From contig NZ_KB911066.1 of the NCBI RefSeq assembly GCF_000383295.1, positions 546,836 to 578,835 on the forward strand: a stretch of 32,000 nt of DNA, read 5' to 3'. How positions within the stretch are numbered: the stretch's first letter is position 1; each line of letters opens with the position of its first letter. Below the pieces are notes generated by a model. It was not told the DNA's origin. It made no database searches and saw only the letters and a list, made by a program, of their open reading frames with translations. Source of the stretch: Faecalispora sporosphaeroides DSM 1294. GTDB lineage: Bacteria > Bacillota > Clostridia > Oscillospirales > Acutalibacteraceae. Below, in pieces: positions 7,852 to 15,493 of this stretch. The translations under genes and the position numbers were made by a program.

Positions 7852-8835
7852 TTAAAGAGTTTCAAACGGGGCGATGATTTCGCTGATTTTTTCCATCATC
7901 TCCTCATCGATCTCCCAGGTCAGGCAATGGATGTTCTGTTCCAGCTGCTGAATCGAGGATGCGCCCCCGATGATGCAGGTGACCTCCGGCTTTTGTCTCA
8001 GCCAGTTCAGCGCGATTTCGTTCATGGGCCTCCCGTATTCATCCGCAAGCTTCTTCAGCTTTTTCCCCGCCTCAAAATACCGCTCAAACTGGGGCCCCAC
8101 CAGCTTTGGATTCTCGTTGCGGATATCATGCCTGGAAAAGGTGATCCCGGAATGGAACTTACCCGCCAGCAGGCCCTGGAACAGCGGGCTGTAAGGCAAA
8201 AACGCCTGCCCGTGTTTTCTGACGGCGGGCAGCACCTCCGCCTCCGTGCGGTACTCCAGCGGAATACCGTGGTAGCTGGTGGTGTTCCGCTCCAGCATGT
8301 TATACAGGCTCTGCTGACAATGCACCGGTGTCAGCTTTCTCATCCTCTCCACATCCGCCTGAGAAAAATTGCTCAGTCCCACATAACGGATTTTACCGGC
8401 CTGTTTGATCTCCTCCAGCGCTTCGGCGGTTTCCTCCAGCGGCACGTTGGGGTCGGGCCAGTGCATCTGGTAAATATCGATATGGTCCGTCTGCAGCCTT
8501 GTCAGGGTTTGGTCAATCTCCTTCATCAGGCTCTTTTTGGAAAGGTTGTTGGTCGTTTCGTGCGCATCGTTCCAGAGGAGCCCGCCCTTCGACGCAATCA
8601 AAACCTTATCCCTCAAACGCCCCTGTTTCAGGGCCATTCCCAGCACCTGCTCCGAGTGCCCCCATCCGTACACAGGGGCCACGTCAAAAAAGTTGATTCC
8701 CAAATCAATCGCCCTGTGGATGATATCGACGGATTTCCTATCGTCCGTCGAATCCCAGTCGCCGCCGAAATTCCAGCAGCCCACGCCGATGACGGAGATT
8801 TCTTCCTCTATCATCTTCACCTTTTTGTAAAGCAT
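7852..8835 (-). CDS. Aldo/keto reductase
   Basis: GGAGG lies 9 nt upstream of the start. AKR pattern: GVGCWNFGGDW, FDVAPVYGWGHSEQVLG, IASKGG, IYQMHWPD. Confidence 0.9.
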   Translation of the reverse strand: MLYKKVKMIEEEISVIGVGCWNFGGDWDSTDDRKSVDIIHRAIDLGINFFDVAPVYGWGHSEQVLGMALKQGRLRDKVLIASKGGLLWNDAHETTNNLSKKSLMKEIDQTLTRLQTDHIDIYQMHWPDPNVPLEETAEALEEIKQAGKIRYVGLSNFSQADVERMRKLTPVHCQQSLYNMLERNTTSYHGIPLEYRTEAEVLPAVRKHGQAFLPYSPLFQGLLAGKFHSGITFSRHDIRNENPKLVGPQFERYFEAGKKLKKLADEYGRPMNEIALNWLRQKPEVTCIIGGASSIQQLEQNIHCLTWEIDEEMMEKISEIIAPFETL

Positions 8836-8871
8836 AATCGCGCACCTCCACCGCTCTAATAATTGTATGGT

Positions 8872-9846
8872 TCAATTTCTTTTTTTCCGCACCTTATCCA
8901 AAACAACCGCTATTACAATCAGGGAACCGATGATGATCTCCATGATAAAGGAATTGATTCCCAAAAGGGTTCCGCCCTGCCGCAGGGTAGCCATGATCAT
9001 GGCGCCCAGCACCGCACCGATCACAGAGCCCTCACCGCCGTCCAGACTGGCTCCGCCGACCACCGCGGCCGCGATGGCGTCGAGCTCATACCCCGTGCCC
9101 GCATTCGGAACCCCGTTGCCAAGTCTGGAGGCGAGGAGGATTCCTGCTACGCCGCACACGCTGGAGCAGAATATGTATACGCCGTACACCACGGAGCGCA
9201 CGCGGATGCCGCTCAGTCTGGCGGCCTCTTTGTTGCTGCCGTAGGCGTACATGTTGCGCCCGAATACAGTCTTCTTCGCAATGAACAGGCCAATGCAGAC
9301 GAACGCGGCCCACGAAAGAAACAGATAGGGAATGCCGAGCAGGCTGTCTGCCGCAAAATTGGTAAATACCTTTGGAAGATCCGATATGGTTTTCGCACCT
9401 GTGATCAACAGAATCAAATTTCTGACGATGGTCAGGGAGCCCAGTGTGGCGATAAAGGGCGGAACGTTTGCGTCGTACACCAGAATCCCATTGAACAGCC
9501 CCACCAGAGCGCTGGACGCAATCGCCAGCAAAATGGCGATTGGGATAGGCACGCCGTTCACCATACCCATGGCGACGATCACGCCGGAAAGCCCGACCAC
9601 GGAACCGACGGAGATATCGATTCCCGATGAAGTGATGACAAACACCATTCCGATTGCGATGATGCCGTAGATGGAGGCCTGCTTCAGGAGCTTCATCAAT
9701 GTGTCCAACTGAAAAAACACCGGAGAGGTATTCCCGAAAAACAGAAACAGCACGGCGAGAATGCCGACCAGAAGCAGCTCTGTTTGGTAGCGCGCCAAAT
9801 AGCTGTTGTATTGCCTTTGTTTCAATGATTTATTTTCTGCCGTCAT
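8872..9846 (-). CDS. Sugar ABC transporter permease (RbsC/AraH type)
   Basis: A 324-aa polytopic hydrophobic protein. AAAGGAG RBS lies inside the end of the upstream ATPase gene. Gene order is SBP-ATPase-permease. Confidence 0.9.
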   Translation of the reverse strand: MTAENKSLKQRQYNSYLARYQTELLLVGILAVLFLFFGNTSPVFFQLDTLMKLLKQASIYGIIAIGMVFVITSSGIDISVGSVVGLSGVIVAMGMVNGVPIPIAILLAIASSALVGLFNGILVYDANVPPFIATLGSLTIVRNLILLITGAKTISDLPKVFTNFAADSLLGIPYLFLSWAAFVCIGLFIAKKTVFGRNMYAYGSNKEAARLSGIRVRSVVYGVYIFCSSVCGVAGILLASRLGNGVPNAGTGYELDAIAAAVVGGASLDGGEGSVIGAVLGAMIMATLRQGGTLLGINSFIMEIIIGSLIVIAVVLDKVRKKRN

Positions 9847-9849
9847 CGT

Positions 9850-11358
9850 TTACTCCTTTCCCTTTATCCCGGAGGCCAGGCGAAGAATCCGTTCCTCCTG
9901 AAATTCGTCTCTGGATAAGATCCCGGTCTGCCGCCCCTCATACATAATCAGCATGCGATCGGCCAGCCCCATCACCTCAGGAAGATAGGAGGAAATCATG
10001 ATGATCGTTTTGCCCTCCTTGAGCAGGGTTTCAAAGATTTTATAAATCTCCAGCTTCGCGCCGACATCCACCCCCACAGTCGGCTCGTCAAAGATGAACA
10101 GCTCGCTGTCCTGCTCCAGCCATTTGGAAATGACGACCTTCTGCTGGTTCCCGCCCGAAAGATTCTTGACCCGCTGGTAAACGGACGGTGTTTTGATCCT
10201 GAGCGCATTGCAGAAGCGTTTGGCGATTTTAACGCTCTCGTGATTATTCACCACGCCATACCGGCTGATTTTATTCTGTGCCACCATATTGATATTGTCT
10301 GAAACAGACAAGCCCAGCGCCAGCCCCTGCGCGCGTCTGTTTTCGGGGAGCAGAGCGACCCCCGCCTTAATTCCTTGCGCCGGCCTGACAAAATCCGCCT
10401 GTTTTCCGTAAAGGGTGACGGTGCCGCCCTCTTTGACATCGGCGCCGAAAAGACTCCTCACAATTTCTGTCCGCCCGGAGCCGACCAGGCCGAACATGCC
10501 GAAGATCTCCCCTTTTCTCACCTCAAAGCTGATATTGGAAAACGCCCTTCCCCTGGATATATTATCAACCTTCAGTATCGTTTCCCCTGGAGCCTGATGC
10601 TGAATCTGGTACATGTTTTCCACGTTTCGGCCCACCATCATGGCGATCAGCTGATCCTGCGTGGTTTGGCCGATCGGAACAGTGCCCACCAACGCGCCGT
10701 CCTTTAGCACAGTGGCCCGGTCGCAGATGGAGAAAATCTCTTCCATCCGGTGCGAAACGTACAGGATTCCCACCCCGCTGTTCTTTAGCCGCCCGATCAT
10801 TTGAAAAAGCTGCTTCGTTTCATCGTTCGTCAGCAATGCGGTGGGTTCGTCAAAAATGACCAGTTTGGCTTTTTGAAATATGGTCTTGCCGATTGCGACC
10901 ATTTCCTGCTGCGCCACCGACAACGTTCGGATAATCGCTTTGGGATCGACATGCACGTGAATAGATTCCAGAATCTCCTTCGTGGCCCGATGGATCATTT
11001 TAAAATCAACGGTGCCGAGCTTGGTTTTGGGGAGCTGCCCCATAAAAAAATTTTCGGCCACGGACAGATGCTGCGCGAGATTGACGTCCTGATAGACCGC
11101 GCCGAATCCAAAGGCCTGGGCCTGAACGGGCGATCGGGCTTCTTTTAATTCGCCCTCCACATAGATTTCGCCCGCCGTTTTGGAGTAAATGCCCATCAGA
11201 ATTTTGATGAGCGTGGACTTTCCGGCGCCGTTTTCCCCAATCAGGGCATGCACCTCCCCCGGGTACACCTCTAAATCCACACCGGACAAAGCGCGAACTC
11301 CCGGAAAATCCTTTACCAGTCCCTTTATGGCGACGATTGGCTGTGCTTGCGTTTGCAT
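9850..11358 (-). CDS. Sugar ABC transporter ATP-binding protein, duplicated cassette (RbsA/MglA type)
   Basis: GGGAGG precedes the Met of MQTQAQPIVAIKG; the tracked start at 11397 is an extension. Walker A GENGAGKST and GLVGSGRTE; signatures LSVAQQEMV and LSGGNQQKV. Confidence 0.9.
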   Translation of the reverse strand: MQTQAQPIVAIKGLVKDFPGVRALSGVDLEVYPGEVHALIGENGAGKSTLIKILMGIYSKTAGEIYVEGELKEARSPVQAQAFGFGAVYQDVNLAQHLSVAENFFMGQLPKTKLGTVDFKMIHRATKEILESIHVHVDPKAIIRTLSVAQQEMVAIGKTIFQKAKLVIFDEPTALLTNDETKQLFQMIGRLKNSGVGILYVSHRMEEIFSICDRATVLKDGALVGTVPIGQTTQDQLIAMMVGRNVENMYQIQHQAPGETILKVDNISRGRAFSNISFEVRKGEIFGMFGLVGSGRTEIVRSLFGADVKEGGTVTLYGKQADFVRPAQGIKAGVALLPENRRAQGLALGLSVSDNINMVAQNKISRYGVVNNHESVKIAKRFCNALRIKTPSVYQRVKNLSGGNQQKVVISKWLEQDSELFIFDEPTVGVDVGAKLEIYKIFETLLKEGKTIIMISSYLPEVMGLADRMLIMYEGRQTGILSRDEFQEERILRLASGIKGKE

Positions 11359-11380
11359 ACGAACCTCCCTGTCTGAAAAC

Positions 11381-11433
11381 CAGACTTCCTCCGCCACTCC
11401 CTCATGCTTGGAACCATCGGCTTCGGAAGTCTG
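11381..11433 (-). other. Intercistronic stem-loop between the SBP and ATPase genes
   Basis: A 9-bp inverted repeat, CAGACTTCC / GGAAGTCTG, followed by GTTTTC on the - strand. This placement after a binding-protein gene is typical of partial terminators or mRNA stabilisers. Confidence 0.5.
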
Positions 11434-11462
11434 ATTTTCCCCCTTTAGAACGTATCGATTCT

Positions 11463-12491
11463 TTATTTGCCGGGATACAGCAGCTTCTGCACCGCATCCT
11501 CCTGAATATTCTTCTTCGTCACCAGCGTCGTTTCGGAAACCTTATCCTTTTCAAGCTCCTTGCCCTCGAGCTTCGATACCGCGGCCAACACCCCGTTATA
11601 GCCCATCCCGAAGGGGTCCTGAACGACGATGCCGGTCAGATTACCGTTTTGAATCGCATCGATTTCGGTATCGTCCGAATCGAAAGCATAGGTGACGATT
11701 TTATCGCCCTTTTTGCTTTGCTCCATCGCTTTCGCAATGCCGTCGCCCATGTGGTTGTTGTCGCCAAAAATCCCGATCAGGTCCTGATTGGCCAAAACTA
11801 GGTTATCGGCCGCGTCAAGCGCTTTCTGAATGTCGTTGTCGCAATACTGGGTTTCAAGAACAACAATGCCCGGAACAAGGCGCTTGATTTCATCCGTGAA
11901 CCCCTTGCAGCGCGCCTGGTTGACGGCCGAACCGGAATCCGCACTAATTAAGGCCACTTTTTTGCCCGCGGGATCAATGCCCTTTGCCTTCCACTGCTCC
12001 ACCATATCTGCCGCGGCGGTGGCGGCGGCCGCCGCGTGGTCTGTGGCGATATGCTGGGTATACGCATCCGTTTCCAGCTTATTGTCCACCGTTACCACGG
12101 GAATGCCTGCTTTGACTGCCTGCTCAACCGCCGGCACGGTGGAGGTGGAGCTGATGGAAGCGAGCACAATGCCGTCCGGCTTTGCGGCAATCGCGTTTTC
12201 CAGAATGGTCACCTGCTTATCGATGTCGGTCTCCGAGGCAGGGCCGTCTGTTGTAACCTTGATCTTCCCATTGCTTTCCTCCGCCGCGGCCTTCGCCCCG
12301 AGCAAAAGCGTCTGCCAATAAGAGGAGTCGGTGGCTTTGATGATTACGGTGACATGGTAGGTGTCTTTCCCCGCGCCGGAAGCCCCGGAAGCGGCGGACG
12401 GCGCCGGCGCCGGGGCCGCCGTACCCCCGCAGGCCCCAAGGGATACGGCCATCGAGGCCGCCAGAAGCACTGACAAAACCTTCTTCTTCAT
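11463..12491 (-). CDS. Sugar ABC transporter substrate-binding lipoprotein (periplasmic-binding-protein type I, RbsB-like)
   Basis: GGAGGA lies 7 nt before the Met of MKKKVLSVLLAASMAVSLGACGG (lipobox LGAC). An Ala/Pro/Ser-rich linker is followed by an RbsB-like fold pattern. Confidence 0.85.
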   Translation of the reverse strand: MKKKVLSVLLAASMAVSLGACGGTAAPAPAPSAASGASGAGKDTYHVTVIIKATDSSYWQTLLLGAKAAAEESNGKIKVTTDGPASETDIDKQVTILENAIAAKPDGIVLASISSTSTVPAVEQAVKAGIPVVTVDNKLETDAYTQHIATDHAAAAATAAADMVEQWKAKGIDPAGKKVALISADSGSAVNQARCKGFTDEIKRLVPGIVVLETQYCDNDIQKALDAADNLVLANQDLIGIFGDNNHMGDGIAKAMEQSKKGDKIVTYAFDSDDTEIDAIQNGNLTGIVVQDPFGMGYNGVLAAVSKLEGKELEKDKVSETTLVTKKNIQEDAVQKLLYPGK

Positions 12492-12527
12492 ACTAACATC
12501 CTCCATTTCTTCAATAGAAAAATATAT

Positions 12528-12545
12528 AACAGAAAAATTTCTGTT
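12528..12545. promoter_or_regulatory. AT-rich inverted repeat in the transporter leader/promoter
   Basis: AACAGAAA-aa-TTTCTGTT has 8-bp perfect arms. It lies between the LacI-type operator and the SBP start codon. Confidence 0.4.
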
Positions 12546-12566
12546 AACGATAAAGGATTCCCGTTT

Positions 12567-12584
12567 TATGGAACCGGTTCCATA
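12567..12584. promoter_or_regulatory. LacI-family operator candidate (perfect 18-bp palindrome)
   Basis: TATGGAACCGGTTCCATA is a perfect palindrome with a central CG. It lies 76 nt upstream of the SBP start and immediately downstream of the lacI-family gene. Confidence 0.7.
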
Positions 12585-12599
12585 TCCTTTGCAGCAAAT

Positions 12600-13619
12600 T
12601 CACTCTCCCTGCTTTCTTTCAGAACCCTTCAGTTCCAATTTACAGGGCACCACCCATATGTTTCTGCTGCCGTCCGGTTCCGCCATGCGGCGCATCAACA
12701 GTCTGATCGCCATTTTCCCCATTTCCTCCGTGTCGCGGGAAACGCAGCTGAAATGAAACCCCAGCGCATCCAGTGTGGGGATGCGGTCAATTCCAACGGC
12801 TGCGATGTCCTTCCCCACGGTGATTCCCGCCTCCACCATCGCCTTGAGGAACCCCATGCTGGTGCGGTTGTTTGTGGTCACCATGGCGTCCGGCAAATCC
12901 CCGGAGGCGATCATCCGCTTCATCAGTTCATAGGCCGTGTCTGTGGTGAAATCGCCCTTCCATACATCTTTATCGAGAATCACCCTATGGTACGCCGCCA
13001 TCGCGTCCTGAAAGCCCCGGTAACGCTCTCTTGCGATCTTCAGCTGCATATCACCCAGAATAATCGCAATCCTCTCGTTGCCCGCCTTAATCAGGCTTTC
13101 CGCCGCAAGATAACCGCTTTCATAGTTCTGAAAATAAACGGTGTCCCACTCCGAATCATCTAAATCTCTGTCGACCACCACGATGGGAACCGCCAGCTTG
13201 GAGAGCGCCCCTTTGATTATATCAATGGATTCCTTCCCATAGCCCATGGCAGGCGTGATGATGACCCCCCTGACCCGTTGCTGCTCCAGCATCCCGAGTG
13301 CCTTCAGCTCTTTTTCGCCGCTGTTCTGCGTGTCGCAGAAAATCAGGGAAAAGCCGTTTTCATCGGCCATTTTGGTGATTCCCTTCAACACCTCGGCAAA
13401 AAAGGGGTTGTCGATTTCGGGGATCACCACGCCGATAATACTGCTCTCCTGCTTGGAAAGGCTCACCGCGGCAGCCGAGGGCTTATACTGGTGTTCTTTG
13501 ATCACCTTCTCGATTTTCTGCCGAGCCTCGTTGCTGACATAGCCGCTATTATTCAGCACTCTGGACACTGTGGATTTGGACATTCCGGCTAATTTGGCCA
13601 CTTCTTTGATCGTTAGCAT
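12600..13619 (-). CDS. LacI-family transcriptional regulator
   Basis: HTH region MLTIKEVAKLAGMSKSTVSRVLNNSGYVSNEARQKIEKVIKE followed by a periplasmic-binding-protein-like effector domain. The tracked start at 13664 adds 15 non-family residues. Confidence 0.9.
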   Translation of the reverse strand: MLTIKEVAKLAGMSKSTVSRVLNNSGYVSNEARQKIEKVIKEHQYKPSAAAVSLSKQESSIIGVVIPEIDNPFFAEVLKGITKMADENGFSLIFCDTQNSGEKELKALGMLEQQRVRGVIITPAMGYGKESIDIIKGALSKLAVPIVVVDRDLDDSEWDTVYFQNYESGYLAAESLIKAGNERIAIILGDMQLKIARERYRGFQDAMAAYHRVILDKDVWKGDFTTDTAYELMKRMIASGDLPDAMVTTNNRTSMGFLKAMVEAGITVGKDIAAVGIDRIPTLDALGFHFSCVSRDTEEMGKMAIRLLMRRMAEPDGSRNIWVVPCKLELKGSERKQGE

Positions 13620-13789
13620 TATGAAACCCTGATTCCATTTCAGTATTTGTAAAACCGTTCCCACTACACATTCCTATGTATTTCAGATAAATAATATTAA
13701 TAAATTTAAAAACAGAAAAGCATTTTTACCAATAAATATGTTGAAGAGTGATCAAAATATGTTCTTTCTAATTTCAGTTTCCCCTTTTT

Positions 13790-13807
13790 TATGGAACCGC
13801 TTCCAGA
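13790..13807. promoter_or_regulatory. Second, imperfect copy of the LacI-type operator
   Basis: TATGGAACCGCTTCCAGA matches the 12567 palindrome at 16 of 18 positions. It lies about 170 nt upstream of the lacI-family start in the AT-rich spacer. Confidence 0.5.
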
Positions 13808-13991
13808 ATCTTGCTTATCTAGGTCGGCAAAAAGCGGACTATAAGACCGGAATTTCTCTCTGCCCCACAACTGAATTCTCTATTGAAAGAACATGTGGGG
13901 AAGTTCACAGTCATTTCTTTATAAAAATTGCACATTTCATTTGGAATGACTTTTTGATAATTGTGGGGTAATCTAAAATCCTGAAAAACTA

Positions 13992-14021
13992 TTGACAACT
14001 CCATGCAGAAAGCTATATGAT
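13992..14021 (+). promoter_or_regulatory. Sigma-70-type promoter candidate
   Basis: TTGACA (13992-13997) is followed by TATATG at 16 nt or TATGAT at 18 nt (14014-14021). Confidence 0.5.
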
Positions 14022-14057
14022 AGCGGCATAACACAAAGAGAATATTCCATAAACAAT

Positions 14058-14098
14058 GGCGTTTTGAAAATGACTTTTCAAAGCGCCTTTTTTGTTTT
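14058..14098 (+). terminator. Rho-independent terminator about 30-70 nt downstream of the 13992 promoter
   Basis: GGCGTTTTGAAAA (14058-14070) pairs with TTTTCAAAGCGCC (14075-14087) around loop TGAC: 13 bp with one G-U. It is followed by TTTTTTGTTTT. Confidence 0.75.
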
Positions 14099-14224
14099 CC
14101 TTTTGGAATTCACGCTTCAAAGGCAAGACACAGCATTCCCGGCGCACTCTTATTCATCAAATAATAAATAATTTTATCATCCTTATTCATTTTAGAATGA
14201 AATCATCATTTTCAGGAGGAGCTC

Positions 14225-15493
14225 ATGAATTGTAAAACAGATGCCCTGACGATCAACAGAAGCCGGCTGCAAGAGAACCTGCTGGAGCTTTCTGCAATCG
14301 GAAAAAATCAGCAGGGCGGAATTGACCGATGGCTGGGCAGCGAGGCGGATTCTTCCGCCCGCAGGTGGCTGCGGGACTACTGGGAACATCACACAAGCAC
14401 AGAATTTCATACAGACGCGATCGCCAATCTGTGGGCGAAGAGTACGGGGACGCTTTCCCTTGCCCCACTGGTGATCGGTTCGCATCACGACACCGTTCCA
14501 AACGGGGGAATGTACGACGGGGCGCTGGGCGTGTTAATGGCCACCGAAATTTTGCAGACGCTTCAGGAATCCGGTAAAAAGCTGCGCCACCCCCTCTGGG
14601 TCGTATCCCTTACCGCAGAAGAGCCCAACCCGTTCAATGTATCTACCCTGGGCAGCAAGGTGCTGGGCGGAGTGTTGAAATACAAAGACCTCAAGGATGT
14701 CAACCATATGCAGACCGGCCAGACCCTGGCGGACGCCATCCGCCGCATCGGCGGAAATCTGGAGAAAATCGATTCTCTGCAAATTGCGCAAGGGCAGATA
14801 GCCGCCTTTCTGGAATGCCATATCGAGCAGGGCCGGCGGCTGGCCGACCAAAAGCTCCCATCGGCTGCGGTGTGCAGCATCACCGGGATTTACCGCGAAA
14901 TCATCACCGTAACGGGAACTGCCAATCACGCCGGCACCACTGTGATGACAGACCGGCAGGACGCTCTGTGCGCCGCATCCGAGGTGGTTCTGCTGGCGGA
15001 AACCTCCGCGGCGGCACTGCACAGCGACGAAGCCGTTGCCACCGTGGGCTTTTTGCAGATCAGGCCCAACTCGACGAACATCATTCCCGCGTCGGCAGAA
15101 ATGATTCTGGAAATGAGGGCATCCGACCCCGCAAAAAAGGAAGAATTTTTGAAGCTGCTCACACAGGGAGTGAACCAAATTGCCGAAAACAGAAAGCTTT
15201 CGATCCAACGCAAAATGATTCTGGACCAGCCGCCGATGCCGATGAACCCCACCGTGATCAAGGCAGTGGAGCAGGGCATTGAGCAAGGCGGCCGGCCAGC
15301 GGTTCAACTGGTGAGCATGGCGGGGCACGACGCCGCGCACATGGCCAGAGTGACACGCTCCGGCATGATTTTCGCCCAGAGCGTGAACGGCAAAAGCCAT
15401 TGCGCCGATGAAGCCGCCGAAATGGACGACATTGAGTATACCGCAAATGCAATGCTCTCTGCGTTGCTGATCCTGGATGAGGAGCTGGACTAA
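14225..15493 (+). CDS. M20-family Zn-dependent amidohydrolase (allantoate amidohydrolase / N-carbamoyl-amino-acid hydrolase type)
   Basis: AGGAGGAG RBS. Metal and catalytic motifs GSHHDTVPNGGMYDGALGV, TAEEP, ECHIEQG, GTANHAGTTVMTDRQDAL and MAGHDAAHM are present. Confidence 0.85.
   Translation: MNCKTDALTINRSRLQENLLELSAIGKNQQGGIDRWLGSEADSSARRWLRDYWEHHTSTEFHTDAIANLWAKSTGTLSLAPLVIGSHHDTVPNGGMYDGALGVLMATEILQTLQESGKKLRHPLWVVSLTAEEPNPFNVSTLGSKVLGGVLKYKDLKDVNHMQTGQTLADAIRRIGGNLEKIDSLQIAQGQIAAFLECHIEQGRRLADQKLPSAAVCSITGIYREIITVTGTANHAGTTVMTDRQDALCAASEVVLLAETSAAALHSDEAVATVGFLQIRPNSTNIIPASAEMILEMRASDPAKKEEFLKLLTQGVNQIAENRKLSIQRKMILDQPPMPMNPTVIKAVEQGIEQGGRPAVQLVSMAGHDAAHMARVTRSGMIFAQSVNGKSHCADEAAEMDDIEYTANAMLSALLILDEELD

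Noticed and set aside
12567-12584. Considered whether the palindrome is a CcpA catabolite-responsive element (cre).
   Set aside because: The TGGAACCGGTTCCA core deviates from the cre consensus TGWAANCGNTNWCA at position 3 (G, not W) and its symmetric partner. A perfect palindrome next to a dedicated LacI-family gene is better explained as that regulator's own operator.
13738-14034. ORFs 13738-13971 (+, 77 aa) and 13819-14034 (-, 71 aa) in the AT-rich spacer.
   Set aside because: They have no RBS, AT-driven Phe/Ile/Asn/Lys-rich composition and mutual overlap. They are more likely non-coding regulatory DNA.
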